From Desulfatiglandales bacterium (GTDB lineage: Bacteria; Desulfobacterota; DSM-4660; Desulfatiglandales; Desulfatiglandaceae): a DNA stretch of 64,000 bases. The notes beneath the pieces are model-generated. The model was not told where the DNA came from. It saw nothing but the letters and a program-made list of their open reading frames with translations, and searched no databases. The translations under genes were made by a program, and so were the position numbers. Each line of letters opens with the position of its first letter. Position 1 is the stretch's first letter. The DNA lies in assembly GCA_963662465.1 (NCBI GenBank), contig OY759599.1:7200001-7264000 (forward strand). Reading direction: 5' to 3'. This document shows positions 1-9,787 of this stretch, one piece after another.

Positions 1-199
1 TTTCGTGGAGAGTTTAGTCTTTCGGCATTATAGGCGATAATGAATGGAATTCAAGAAAAAAACCAAGTAACGGTTTGCGGTTGAAAACCGGTCACCGGAT
101 TTGGATCTTGGCCAATTTTTTCCTAATATCGTTTACATTTTGGTTGACCATTTACAGTCGCTCAGTTCAATTTGTAGGGGTTAGGCTGTTTGTGAAAAC

Positions 200-604
200 T
201 TATAACGACTTCTGCATGATTTCAAATTCGAGTTTTGAACGATAAAAGCAGACATCGAATTCCATGAAAAAATTCGTTTGACCGAGGATTAATGGCGCGT
301 CGGTCTTTACCCATGCAAAAACTAGACGCACGGGTCTGAAATCTCCTATTTTTGCTGTTGTCGCCAGCGGGATTGCCGGAGAATTGCCCAGATTGCCTGC
401 CAGCCGAATATGCGGTCTGTTGTTATCCCATATTTCCCCAAGACGAATGCCAAATTCGTATGGCAGGACATTCACCGTCGCACCGCTGTCAACCAGGCCG
501 GTAACTTCGACTTCCCGGTTGCTGAGGCTGAGAAGAAATGTGAGACGGGGCAGACTGTCAAATTCGTTTTGTGACGGATCGCTTACAGAGTAACTGAATT
601 TCAT
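200..604 (-). CDS. Small retropepsin-like (clan AA) aspartyl protease domain protein
   Basis: 134 aa; LVDSGATVN (D-S/T-G catalytic motif) and C-terminal LILGQ motif typical of single-domain retropepsins. Confidence 0.7.
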   Translation of the reverse strand: MKFSYSVSDPSQNEFDSLPRLTFLLSLSNREVEVTGLVDSGATVNVLPYEFGIRLGEIWDNNRPHIRLAGNLGNSPAIPLATTAKIGDFRPVRLVFAWVKTDAPLILGQTNFFMEFDVCFYRSKLEFEIMQKSL

Positions 605-609
605 GATGT

Positions 610-861
610 TTATTTGTCCGTGTCCGATGTTTTCAGGGCTTTCATAAGTATCTCCCCTGCTCCGAATGTGTTGTACGGAGTCGACAGACAGTATGTTCTG
701 CCCTGTTCAAACGGGAAAATATGTTCATTGCTCTCAAGTTCCTCAGCCAGAATCCGAATCAGTCTGAGTTTGTCAGATGAAGGCAATTGTCTGATGACAG
801 GAAGAATCCCGTTGAGCGTTATGATTTCCTGCTTATTATCTGATAACAATGCTGTTTCCAT
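610..861 (-). CDS. Small hypothetical protein, antitoxin-like partner of the downstream protease
   Basis: 83 aa with helical LPSSDKLRLIRILAEEL segment; 5 nt upstream of the protease gene; AGAAGG RBS-like. Confidence 0.55.
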   Translation of the reverse strand: METALLSDNKQEIITLNGILPVIRQLPSSDKLRLIRILAEELESNEHIFPFEQGRTYCLSTPYNTFGAGEILMKALKTSDTDK

Positions 862-883
862 TACAATACCTTCTATTTTTAGT

Positions 884-942
884 AGTAAACGATAATCATC
901 AGCGGCTCGCTTTTGGCACGTCGTTGAATGAGTTTGCTAGGC
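884..942 (-). other. Degenerate integron attC-like site (59 nt)
   Basis: Minus strand GCCTAGC-AAACT-CATTCAA-CGACGTGCCAAAAGCGAGCCG-CTGATG-ATTATC-GTTTACT has the R''/L''/L'/R' layout; the stop codon of an upstream ORF remnant (..EEIIARITENA*) lies inside R''. Confidence 0.5.
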
Positions 943-1124
943 ATTTTCAGTAATACGGGCGATTATTTCTTCTTGAGCCGCCGGATGAAATTCTTCGTAA
1001 ACTGTATTGGACCAAACATTATATTGTATGAAATAGGAATTTAGGAAACATAATGTTATCGGATTTTACAGAAGGATGCCAAGGAAATTCTTGGCATCTT
1101 TCAAAAACATGAATGGAATCCAAG

Positions 1125-1164
1125 AAAAAACCCGAAAGAAGTCGTTTGTGACTTCTTCCGGGTT
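1125..1164 (-). terminator. Rho-independent terminator after metF
   Basis: Minus strand AACCCGGAAGAAGTC-ACAAAC-GACTTCTTTCGGGTTTTTT: hairpin plus U tract 30 nt after the metF stop. Confidence 0.75.
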
Positions 1165-1194
1165 CATGATCTAAGCTTAAAATAGAAATTTGAT

Positions 1195-2127
1195 TTATAC
1201 GACGGGTCTGGGCATCATGCCTGCTCGTTCCGAAATCTCGGGTACTTTGTGTTCCCACTCAATGGCCATGAGGTGTACGCCTGCCACCCCTTCCATCTCT
1301 TTAAATTCTTCGATCTGTTCCAGTGCGAATTTGATGCCTTCTTCGGCCACCTTTCCCTTGCCCGCTCCCCGCAATCGTTTGACCAGGGATTGGGGTACAT
1401 CCATGCCGGGCACCTGTTTTGACATATAGAGCGCCATACCGACGCTCTTCATGGGGGTGACGCCTGCCAGGATGTAGCATTTCTCATGCAGGCCCATGTC
1501 CACGGCCCGTTTCATGAACTCCCTGAATTTATCCATGTTGTAGATGCACTGAGTCTGAACAAAATCCGCTCCCGCGGAGATTTTTTTGGCCAGGCGGTAC
1601 ACGCGAAAATCAAAGGGTTCCGCAAAAGGGTTGCTGGCGGCGCCGATGAACAGCTTGGGTGGTACGTCCACATCGGAACCGTTTAAGAATTTTCCCTCAT
1701 CCCGCATGGTTTTGACCGTATGAATCAGTTGCATGGAGTCAATGTCAAAAACATTTTTACTTTCCGGATGATTGCCGAATGACTGGTGGTCCCCTGAAAG
1801 GCAGAGCATGTTGCGAATGCCCATGGCATAAACGCCCAGGATGTCGCTCTGTATGGCCAGACGGTTTCGGTCCCGGCACACCATCTGAAAATTGGGCTCC
1901 AGGCCCTGTTGCATCAGAATAAGAGACGCTGCCCAGCTGGACATGCGCACCACGGCGGTCTGGTTGTCCGTAACATTAACGGCGTCCACACATCCTTTCA
2001 AATGATTCGCCTTTTCAATCAGGTGCGCCACGTTTGCACCCTGCGGAGGCCCGCACTCACCGGTAAAAGCGAAATGACCCGCGCTCAAAACTTTCTCCAA
2101 ATTACTTCCTGCTTTGTGCTCGCTCAT
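1195..2127 (-). CDS. metF: Methylenetetrahydrofolate reductase, large subunit
   Basis: GECGPP, NVTDNQTA, CRDRNR, CLSGDH, GADFVQTQ motifs. Confidence 0.95.
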   Translation of the reverse strand: MSEHKAGSNLEKVLSAGHFAFTGECGPPQGANVAHLIEKANHLKGCVDAVNVTDNQTAVVRMSSWAASLILMQQGLEPNFQMVCRDRNRLAIQSDILGVYAMGIRNMLCLSGDHQSFGNHPESKNVFDIDSMQLIHTVKTMRDEGKFLNGSDVDVPPKLFIGAASNPFAEPFDFRVYRLAKKISAGADFVQTQCIYNMDKFREFMKRAVDMGLHEKCYILAGVTPMKSVGMALYMSKQVPGMDVPQSLVKRLRGAGKGKVAEEGIKFALEQIEEFKEMEGVAGVHLMAIEWEHKVPEISERAGMMPRPVV

Positions 2128-2792
2128 TTTACCAGTTCCTCCCTGATCATTTTCCGCGGTCCGCCATCGCGCGCGGTAGTCCAGTTTTTGGGCGGCCTGA
2201 ATAGCATGAGTTCATCCAGACGACCCTGTTCCATCATTTTGGTCACAATTAAATCCCAAACACAGTCCACATCTTTGCTGATTTCACATTTTCCCTTGGA
2301 AGATCCCCCACAAGGCCCGTTCAGCAGGCTTTTTGAACATCGGGCAATGGGGCAGAGTCCGCCGAAAAGGTGTACGATGCAAGTACCGCAGCCGGCACAT
2401 CGCTCAGACCACACACCATGTTCCACGGCACCCCCCATGAATTTTGTATTGACGCCTGGGAAAACCTTTTTATCAGGGTATTTCTCAGAAAGAAACTGTG
2501 GCCCGACACCACATGCGATGCTGATTACCGCATCGTAATCACGGATGACGTCTTTCAGTTCATCAATATATTCCGGGTCGCACTGTCTCTCCAGTGTATG
2601 TTCGCCCACGACCACATCCAGGCCGTCTTTTTTTCTGGAGATTCGGATGGCGGAAGCCAGAATTGCCACTTCCTTGGCGCCCCCCACATTACACACCGTT
2701 ACGCAACCTTTACATCCAACCACAAGGATTTTATTAAAATCCTTGACCATTTCAAGTATTTCCTTGATCGGTTTTGATTCTGCAACAATCAT
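2124..2792 (-). CDS. metV: Methylene-THF reductase Cys-rich small subunit
   Basis: GCxGCVTVC, RQC, ACGVG, CAGCGTC, CPIARCSKSLLNGPCGG; 4-nt overlap with metF. Confidence 0.92.
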   Translation of the reverse strand: MIVAESKPIKEILEMVKDFNKILVVGCKGCVTVCNVGGAKEVAILASAIRISRKKDGLDVVVGEHTLERQCDPEYIDELKDVIRDYDAVISIACGVGPQFLSEKYPDKKVFPGVNTKFMGGAVEHGVWSERCAGCGTCIVHLFGGLCPIARCSKSLLNGPCGGSSKGKCEISKDVDCVWDLIVTKMMEQGRLDELMLFRPPKNWTTARDGGPRKMIREELVK

Positions 2793-2820
2793 TGTTATCC
2801 CTCGCAGCGTCTTATAAGTT

Positions 2821-3225
2821 CTATGCCGGCAGGACTGGGCCTAATGCCTTGACGGTGTTGACCATTTGGTCTGCCACTTCCACGATGTCGCCTTTTCCGG
2901 CACTCAGATGAAACACGGCAATCCTTTCCGGTTCTATGCTGATCCCTTCCAGAATCTTCTTGACTTGTTCAACCCGTTTAGCGGCCTTGGCAATCCCGCT
3001 GATATATTGGCAGCTGTCCTCCTGGCATCCCGCCACGTAAACGCCGTCCGCCCCTTCTTCAAAAGGTTTCAGAAGGTGCAGGGTTTCAATTCTTCCCGTA
3101 CAGGGAACCTGAATAATTTTAATATTGTCCGGCAACGCCTTTTTCATGCCATGGGCCACCTTGGCAGCGGATGATGCGCAATTTGAACAGCAAAAGGCGA
3201 CAATTTGAGGTTTGAAGTCATCCAT
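2821..3225 (-). CDS. mvhD: MvhD-type [2Fe-2S] subunit
   Basis: IVAFCCxNC, VPCTGR, GADGVYVAGC---C motifs; Cys rather than Sec. Confidence 0.9.
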   Translation of the reverse strand: MDDFKPQIVAFCCSNCASSAAKVAHGMKKALPDNIKIIQVPCTGRIETLHLLKPFEEGADGVYVAGCQEDSCQYISGIAKAAKRVEQVKKILEGISIEPERIAVFHLSAGKGDIVEVADQMVNTVKALGPVLPA

Positions 3226-3309
3226 ATAACCATCTCCTTGAATGATTGACAGTTGTACTGTTTTTTACTGACGGCTGCATGATGCGCCTGGCAGCCGTCA
3301 ACAAATGAT

Positions 3310-6048
3310 CTATCGTGCGGCCAGAAGCACCGTGGGTGTTTCGGTCAGCATCTGATCGCTGCAGCTGGACATGAAAATAGCTTTCCCCGGACACTCGGCG
3401 ACGCACATGCCGCAACCCCGACAGAGGGCAGGATCAATGTAGGCCGCGCCGATTTCGCGGTTAATGACCGGAACATGAAAGGGGCATGTCCTGACGCAGG
3501 TACAGCAGACGGCGCATTTTTCAACGTTGACCGCCGCCACCATGCCGCCCACTTGAACCGTATCTTGACAAAGCAACTCCAGGGCACGGGCCGAAGCGGC
3601 CTTGCCTTGAGCAATGCTTTCCGTCACGTCTTTGGGATAGGCCGCCATTCCGGCAATGAAAATCCCCGTCTTTGTGGCGTCCATGGGCCGCAGCTTTTCG
3701 GGTGATTCAGCAAAAAAGCCGTTTTCATCCAGGTCAACGCCGAAAATATCGGCCAGTTCCGCGTTGCTTGTTCCCACGATAGCTGTTTGCAGTGAAACAA
3801 AATCGGCCTCCAGCAGAATTGAATTTTGAAGGACCTGATCATATACCACTACCTTCAGCTTATCGCCCGCCGCCTGAACGTCAGGTTTGTTATCGAGTTC
3901 GTAACGGATAAAAAGTACATCCTTTTCACGGGCTTCCCGGTAGATGAGTTCACGTTCGCCAAAGGTTCGCATATCTCGGTACAGGATATAAACGTTCATG
4001 TCCGGATTCTTGGTTTTTAAGTCGATGGCTGCCCGAACCGAAAAAGAACAGCAGATATTGCTGCAATGGGCGCAGTCCCCATCTCCCCGGGAGCCGACAC
4101 ACTGAATGAACACCGCTGTATTGGCGTTTTCAACGGAAGCGGGATCGGTTATCAATTTCTGATCCAGTTCCGACCAGAGAAGAACCTGCTTGTGTTCTCC
4201 ATAAAGATATTGCGCGGGTTTGGCGGCGGTTCCGCCGGGGGTCAGAATAGCGGCGCCGTATGAAACTTCCTGCTCGGCGCCCTTCTGATCCACCGTTGCG
4301 ACAAAATTTCCGCCGAATCCCCGGTTGCTTTTGACGGTGGCTTCGGTTAGCACCGTGATGTTTTTGTCCCCATTGACTGTGCTGACAAGGCCTTTCAGAT
4401 ATCCCTGAACGTCATGGTTTTGCCAGGTTTTTTTGACGTGCCTGCCGTTGCCGCCCAATTCCCGTTCTTTTTCCACAACCGTGACGGGGTATCCTTCACG
4501 GGACAGCGCCAGAGCGCTTTCAAGACCGGAAATGCCGCCGCCCACCACCAGGGCGCTTTTGACGACCGGTACATCCTGTAAGGCGGGCGCCGAGAGAAAA
4601 CCGGCACGTGCAACGCCCATGCGAACCCTGTCCTGAATCTGAGAGGTCGGGGCGTTTTCATCCATGGCGCGAAGATCCACCATTTCATAAAGATAGGGGT
4701 TTAATCCCGCCAGCTTCAACGCTTCCCGGAGCAGGTTTTCGTGAATGATCGGCGTACAGGAGGCGAAGACCAGTCGATTGGCGCCGGTTTCCTTGATTTT
4801 GGCGCTGAGGGTCATCAGGATATCGCCGTCCACGTGAAATGTGGTTGCGACGCCCGGCGTTTTTGACGCATACGCTTCGATTTCCTCGCCAATGCCCGAC
4901 GCCATGCCGGGGCACAGTTGATAGGCAAACAGAATGTTAGGCGCCTGTCCGTCATCGGCAATGGGTTCCGGGTATTTTCTGGTCTCTGCGAAAGGTGCGG
5001 GGCTCACAACACAAGCCACTTCCGATACGGAAGCCGAGGCTTGAATAACGGACTGGCCGATATCGTTGGGTCCGGTTGCCCCACCGCAAACGAAGATGCC
5101 GGGGACGTTGGTTGAAATGGGCTTGAAGGGCTCTGTCCCGACGAACTGATCCGGGGTCAGATTGAGTTTCATCATTTTGGCCAGGCTTTCGGTTTGACTG
5201 CTGGGTTTGAGACCCACCGAGAGGACCACCATATTAAAGGTTTCGCTATGGCCTTCGCCCTTTTCGTCCGCGAAGTTGATGATGAGATTGTCGCCCTCCG
5301 GATCCATGTCCACGGTATGGACCCGACTTCGAATGAGACGAACATCTCTTTGGACGGCATTGTTCAAGTAGTCTTCAAACCCTTTGCCGTGGGTTCGCAT
5401 ATCCATATAAAAGATGGTTGTTTCAATGTCTTCGTCAAATTCCTTGGTGTTTACCGCTTCCTTAAGTGCGTACATACAGCAGACGGAAGAGCAGTAGGGG
5501 GCGTCGCATTGGTTGATGTCCCTTGAACCCACACACTGAAGCCAGGCGATTTTCTCCGGTTTTTTGCCGTCGGAGGGCCTTTTTAAAATGCCGCCGTTGG
5601 GACCAAGGGGTTTTTGAAGCTGTTCGTATTCGACGCTGGTTACCACGTTCGGATTTAAACCGTAGGGATAGGTTACTTGCCCCGTGGGGTCAAATGCTTC
5701 GATGCCGGTCGCCAGGATAATGGCGCCCACGTCCAACTGCTTTTTTTTGCCCCCCGTTTCCAGGGTCGTTTTGAAATTCCCAAGCTTTCCGGATAACTCA
5801 ACAAGTTGGGTATCCATCATGATATCAATGTTGGGATCTTGACTACAGGCGGCAATCCGGGGATCCAGTTTGCAGCACGTACAAAGGGGATAGATTCGAT
5901 GAAGATTGGGCAGCATACCGCCCAATGATGCCGCACGCTCCACCAGGTGAACACCATAGCCTGCGCCGGAAAGGGAAAGGGCCGCCTGGATTCCGGCAAT
6001 GCCCCCACCAATGATCATCACAGGGCCTCTCGGTTTTTTTTCACTCAT
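3310..6048 (-). CDS. hdrA: HdrA-like flavoprotein with two tandem HdrA modules and a C-terminal 2x[4Fe-4S] ferredoxin domain
   Basis: Two FAD-binding motifs (GGGIAG, GGGISG), two QCVGSR..CSxxCC motifs, terminal CxxCxxCxxxCP twice. Confidence 0.88.
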   Translation of the reverse strand: MSEKKPRGPVMIIGGGIAGIQAALSLSGAGYGVHLVERAASLGGMLPNLHRIYPLCTCCKLDPRIAACSQDPNIDIMMDTQLVELSGKLGNFKTTLETGGKKKQLDVGAIILATGIEAFDPTGQVTYPYGLNPNVVTSVEYEQLQKPLGPNGGILKRPSDGKKPEKIAWLQCVGSRDINQCDAPYCSSVCCMYALKEAVNTKEFDEDIETTIFYMDMRTHGKGFEDYLNNAVQRDVRLIRSRVHTVDMDPEGDNLIINFADEKGEGHSETFNMVVLSVGLKPSSQTESLAKMMKLNLTPDQFVGTEPFKPISTNVPGIFVCGGATGPNDIGQSVIQASASVSEVACVVSPAPFAETRKYPEPIADDGQAPNILFAYQLCPGMASGIGEEIEAYASKTPGVATTFHVDGDILMTLSAKIKETGANRLVFASCTPIIHENLLREALKLAGLNPYLYEMVDLRAMDENAPTSQIQDRVRMGVARAGFLSAPALQDVPVVKSALVVGGGISGLESALALSREGYPVTVVEKERELGGNGRHVKKTWQNHDVQGYLKGLVSTVNGDKNITVLTEATVKSNRGFGGNFVATVDQKGAEQEVSYGAAILTPGGTAAKPAQYLYGEHKQVLLWSELDQKLITDPASVENANTAVFIQCVGSRGDGDCAHCSNICCSFSVRAAIDLKTKNPDMNVYILYRDMRTFGERELIYREAREKDVLFIRYELDNKPDVQAAGDKLKVVVYDQVLQNSILLEADFVSLQTAIVGTSNAELADIFGVDLDENGFFAESPEKLRPMDATKTGIFIAGMAAYPKDVTESIAQGKAASARALELLCQDTVQVGGMVAAVNVEKCAVCCTCVRTCPFHVPVINREIGAAYIDPALCRGCGMCVAECPGKAIFMSSCSDQMLTETPTVLLAAR

Positions 6049-6217
6049 AACAATTGTCTCCTGCCTTTTGAGCTTATGGTTTCCAGAAAAATAATCGACG
6101 GAGCACCAGGAAAAAAATCATGCACCGACCGTTTATCCGTTATTCCTTTCGATTCTATGAAGTATTTTGTGAAATTTATTACTTGCCATATCAGGCGCTC
6201 GGCTGTCAAGAAAAATG

Positions 6218-7234
6218 TCAGAAATCCAAAGTCTGGTGGGGGGATGCGTATTCGTCCTGGAAATCCAGGGAACAGCAGGTGCGCTGAACTCGGATGGTTA
6301 GTCCGAGCCGGCGGGCCTCGTGAACGGCCTGCTCCGACCATACGGCCATTCGGTTCACGCCGGCTTGGATGGCAAGCCGTTCCATCTCCCACCCGATTCT
6401 GTTTCTGGGCCTTTCGCATCCCAGGGATATGGGGATACGCGGCATCAACAGCCTGGCTTGCGCAATCAGGCGAGCAATTTCCACGGGGGATGGGATGGGG
6501 GCATCGGCCATGGGCGTTCCTTTGAGGGGTGTCAACACCACAATGACCAATACATGGGGTGTGTAGGAACGGATGATTTCAAGCGCTTTTTGTTCGGCTT
6601 TTATCCTCCCATGGAAAAGTCCCGCGACAATATGGGGGGCCAGTTGGAGCCCGCTTTCCTTGATGCCCGAAAGGGCCTTCAAAACCGGTTCCAGTCCCTT
6701 CAGGTGATAGATGGAGCGGGCGGTTTCATCATCTCCCATCACGTCAATGAGCCCTTGTTTGATCCCCGCCGCTTTGAGTTGCCGGCACATCCGATCGTCT
6801 GGAAAGCCCGTGTGGGCGGACAGAAACAGATTCGTTTCCGTACTGATCTGCTCAATCACCGGCAAATAGCGTTTCCAGGGGAGTTGTCCGTGAGGATCGG
6901 AGCCCCCGGTCAGAAGCACGCCGTGGGCGCCGTTTTTTGCAAATGCTCTGCATCGCCTGAGCAGGTCCTCCGGACTTTCCGCCTTTAACATAGGCCCAAG
7001 GAGAAGCCCCTTGCAGTGATCACACAGCAGTTGACATTGATTTCCGGTGATGGATACGGCCGGGTAACGGCCTCGCACCTTTCCATAACGGATCATGCCG
7101 GGAAGGTACAGGTCCAGGGTATTCCCATGATATTTGCGGGAAAGGGCGCCGGCTTCGTCGAAAAGCGCCCTGTCGTTGGCGGTTAGGATCGTCCGGGCTT
7201 CCAGGGGGTCGAGATGACGGCTTTTACTTGACAT
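6218..7234 (-). CDS. Radical SAM protein, LipS1-like
   Basis: SITGNQCQLLCDHC (CX3CX2C) plus C-terminal LGCERP and TCCS motifs. Confidence 0.75.
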   Translation of the reverse strand: MSSKSRHLDPLEARTILTANDRALFDEAGALSRKYHGNTLDLYLPGMIRYGKVRGRYPAVSITGNQCQLLCDHCKGLLLGPMLKAESPEDLLRRCRAFAKNGAHGVLLTGGSDPHGQLPWKRYLPVIEQISTETNLFLSAHTGFPDDRMCRQLKAAGIKQGLIDVMGDDETARSIYHLKGLEPVLKALSGIKESGLQLAPHIVAGLFHGRIKAEQKALEIIRSYTPHVLVIVVLTPLKGTPMADAPIPSPVEIARLIAQARLLMPRIPISLGCERPRNRIGWEMERLAIQAGVNRMAVWSEQAVHEARRLGLTIRVQRTCCSLDFQDEYASPHQTLDF

Positions 7235-7239
7235 AAATT

Positions 7240-7674
7240 TTAATTTGAGGGAGTTTCAGTTGCAACCTGCCTGATCTGTTTTACAAATAGACGAAAATCG
7301 GGGAGTCCGGCGCGCAGGTTTTCCACGAACAATCCGTTTTCAACGCGCCAGTACTGATGTACAAGCATATTTCGAAATCTTGCGAACGGTAAGAGACGGT
7401 TTAACAAATCTTCTGAGATTATTTCATATTCTCCGGCTTTGACAAAGGCCTCTGTAAAGCCCCGAACAGCCACGTGTTCTTTTTTTGCCAGTAAATGCTG
7501 CAATATATTACCGATAGATTCTGCTATTACGATGGTTGAAAACTTCAGACTTTTGATGATGTGATGATCTTGCACAATTTTATCATCCTGTCTTGCGAGA
7601 ACAGATTGAATGTCTTCCACCTCGGCAAGCATATCCGACAGATATCCGTTGATCCGGCGACTATTGATCAGCAC
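7240..7674 (-). CDS. HepT-like (DUF86/HEPN) ribonuclease toxin
   Basis: RNMLVH (RX4H) HEPN motif; GTG start at 7674 overlaps the MNT gene end. Confidence 0.85.
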   Translation of the reverse strand: MLINSRRINGYLSDMLAEVEDIQSVLARQDDKIVQDHHIIKSLKFSTIVIAESIGNILQHLLAKKEHVAVRGFTEAFVKAGEYEIISEDLLNRLLPFARFRNMLVHQYWRVENGLFVENLRAGLPDFRLFVKQIRQVATETPSN

Positions 7675-8086
7675 AAAAAGCCTCCAGCCGTTCCTGTTCA
7701 AGTAACTCCGCCTGGCTTATCATGAACTCATTGGCTATAAAATACCTGGTAAGGTCTTCGATCTTTTCGACCAAAAGGGCGGGAGATTCATTCTTTATCA
7801 GTATCCCTTTATTCACGGCGTCATAAAGAACTTCAGGGTCTGCCTCCTCAAGATCGAAAAACAGAATATCTATTTGATTTTCACTCGCATTCTGTGATTT
7901 AGCAATCCGGTTATGCAACTCAAAATACGCCGTATTTAGATCTATATGGGGGTAGAGCAGCACAAGTATATCAAGGTCATTGACAACCGGCGCCTCTGCA
8001 ACGGCGGAACCAAATACATAGGCTGCGGCCACCTCCGGCGAGTTCAGCAAAACTCGCCCTAATCTATCAAAATCATATTTTTTCAC
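7661..8086 (-). CDS. Minimal nucleotidyltransferase (MntA-like) antitoxin
   Basis: AYVFGS..(9)..DLD motif directly upstream of the HEPN gene; start uncertain (GTG 8086 preferred, ORF open to 8185). Confidence 0.82.
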   Translation of the reverse strand: MKKYDFDRLGRVLLNSPEVAAAYVFGSAVAEAPVVNDLDILVLLYPHIDLNTAYFELHNRIAKSQNASENQIDILFFDLEEADPEVLYDAVNKGILIKNESPALLVEKIEDLTRYFIANEFMISQAELLEQERLEAFCADQ

Positions 8087-8191
8087 GGTTGAATTCCTAT
8101 AGGCCACGTCCACTTTTGAGTCAAGGCTTTTCCCCATTACGGCTTTTGCTTGACATAAATCCATAGTGGGATAGATTGACAACAAATACCA

Positions 8192-8221
8192 TCCGGGGGC
8201 GAAGCATTATTCGCTCCCGGA
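8192..8221. promoter_or_regulatory. 12-bp stem hairpin in the divergent MNT/rimO intergenic region
   Basis: TCCGGGGGCGAA-GCATTA-TTCGCTCCCGGA; TTGACA at 8150 upstream; function unknown. Confidence 0.35.
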
Positions 8222-8298
8222 CGCAAAATGCGATGAAAAAGATCCATTCATATCCTGAAACGGAGCCGGCGTCAACCGATACGCCCTGAAATGATGAC

Positions 8299-9636
8299 AT
8301 GACCCATACCAAGTCCCTTTTTATGATCAGCCTCGGCTGCGCCAAAAACCTGGTGGATACGGAACATATGCTGGGCATCCTCGACCGCGATGGTTATGAG
8401 GTGGTTTCCGACATCGAAAAGGCCGGGGTGGTGGTGATCAACACCTGCGGTTTTCTTCAGGAAGCCGTACAGGAAGCCATTGATACGATTCTGGATGCGG
8501 CCCGCTTTAAGGAGTCGGGAACGCTCAAAAAACTGGTGGTGGCCGGTTGCTTTGTGCAACGCTACGGGTACAAACTGAGAAACGAAATGCCCGAGGTGGA
8601 TGCCTGGCTCGGCACTGGTGAAATCCATCGGATTGCGGAAGTTATCGAGGGATTTAATGAATCTGTCGCCCCCATGTTGATCAGTCGTCCGGTTTTTCCG
8701 GCGGATCATCATCTCCCCAGAATTCAATCCACGCCCTTTTACACGGCGTACTTGAGAATTGCCGAAGGCTGTGCCAACAGGTGTAGTTATTGTTTGATTC
8801 CCAAGCTTAGAGGTCCCTTTCGAAGTCGCACTATAGATGCCCTGCTCGCGGAGGCATCGGAGATGGCCGCTTCCGGCGTAAAGGAAATCAACCTGATTGC
8901 TCAGGATACCAGCCGGTACGGGGAAGACATCTATGGCAAAAGTCGTATTATGGATTTGCTGGCGGGTCTTTCTCGCATTGAGGGGATTTTCTGGATTCGT
9001 CTGCTTTATTTTCATCCCGGTCGTTTGACGGAGGTGTTTCTGGATTTCATGGATGCAACCGAACGGATCGTTCCCTATCTGGACCTCCCTTTTCAGCATT
9101 CCGATCCAATACTTCTCAAGGCCATGAGACGGGATCCGGGAAAAAGGCCCTGGGATCTGGTAACCATGATCCGGAACCGCAAGCGAAAGATCCATGTTCG
9201 TACATCGCTCATGGTGGGATTTCCCGGAGAGACTGATGAGATGTTTGAAGAACTCTGTGATTTCGTTAAAATGGCGCAATTCGAACACCTGGGGGTGTTT
9301 GTTTTCAGCCCGGAAAAGGGGACGCCCGCTGCCCGCTTTCCTGACCAGGTGGATGGCGAAGTTGCTTTTAAACGACGGGAGCAACTCATGCAGCTTCAGG
9401 CCGATATTTCAAAAAAACATCACCGGCAACTGGTGGGCCGGGTATTGCCCGTCCTGGTGGAAGGCGAAAGTCCTGAAACCGATCTGTTGCTGGCGGGAAG
9501 AACGGCATCAATGGCTCCTGATGTGGACGGCCAAGTTTTGATCAATGACGGTGAAGGGGTCGTTGGCGACATATTGCCGGTGCTGATTACCGAAGCGCAT
9601 GCGTATGATCTGGTGGGTAAGATTTTGACGGAATGA
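8299..9636 (+). CDS. rimO: Ribosomal protein S12 methylthiotransferase
   Basis: SLGCAKNLVD, NTCGF, IAEGCANRCSYC, IAQDT, APDVDG plus TRAM domain. Confidence 0.95.
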   Translation: MTHTKSLFMISLGCAKNLVDTEHMLGILDRDGYEVVSDIEKAGVVVINTCGFLQEAVQEAIDTILDAARFKESGTLKKLVVAGCFVQRYGYKLRNEMPEVDAWLGTGEIHRIAEVIEGFNESVAPMLISRPVFPADHHLPRIQSTPFYTAYLRIAEGCANRCSYCLIPKLRGPFRSRTIDALLAEASEMAASGVKEINLIAQDTSRYGEDIYGKSRIMDLLAGLSRIEGIFWIRLLYFHPGRLTEVFLDFMDATERIVPYLDLPFQHSDPILLKAMRRDPGKRPWDLVTMIRNRKRKIHVRTSLMVGFPGETDEMFEELCDFVKMAQFEHLGVFVFSPEKGTPAARFPDQVDGEVAFKRREQLMQLQADISKKHHRQLVGRVLPVLVEGESPETDLLLAGRTASMAPDVDGQVLINDGEGVVGDILPVLITEAHAYDLVGKILTE

Positions 9637-9787
9637 AGAAATTCCATTTGTGGATGCTGGAAAATGGGTTGTAAATTTTCAGAAGGTGAATTATCATAAA
9701 AAGTTAACCGGCTGAGACGGCGCCAAATAGAGGGTCCGTTCCAGAGGGAATGGAAGATCAACAGAGGAAAGGAAATCTGAAACATTA

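Noticed and set aside
120..186. Complete second attC site downstream of the protease
   Set aside because: Only an R''-like GCCTAAC is present; no L boxes or matching R' could be found
2821..6048. Selenocysteine read-through in mvhD or hdrA
   Set aside because: Both frames are open with Cys at the relevant positions; no in-frame TGA
8272..9384. Long antisense ORFs (370 aa here; also 19986-20972, 29643-30533, 42673-43527, 48606-49421)
   Set aside because: Shadows of well-supported genes on the opposite strand, without motifs
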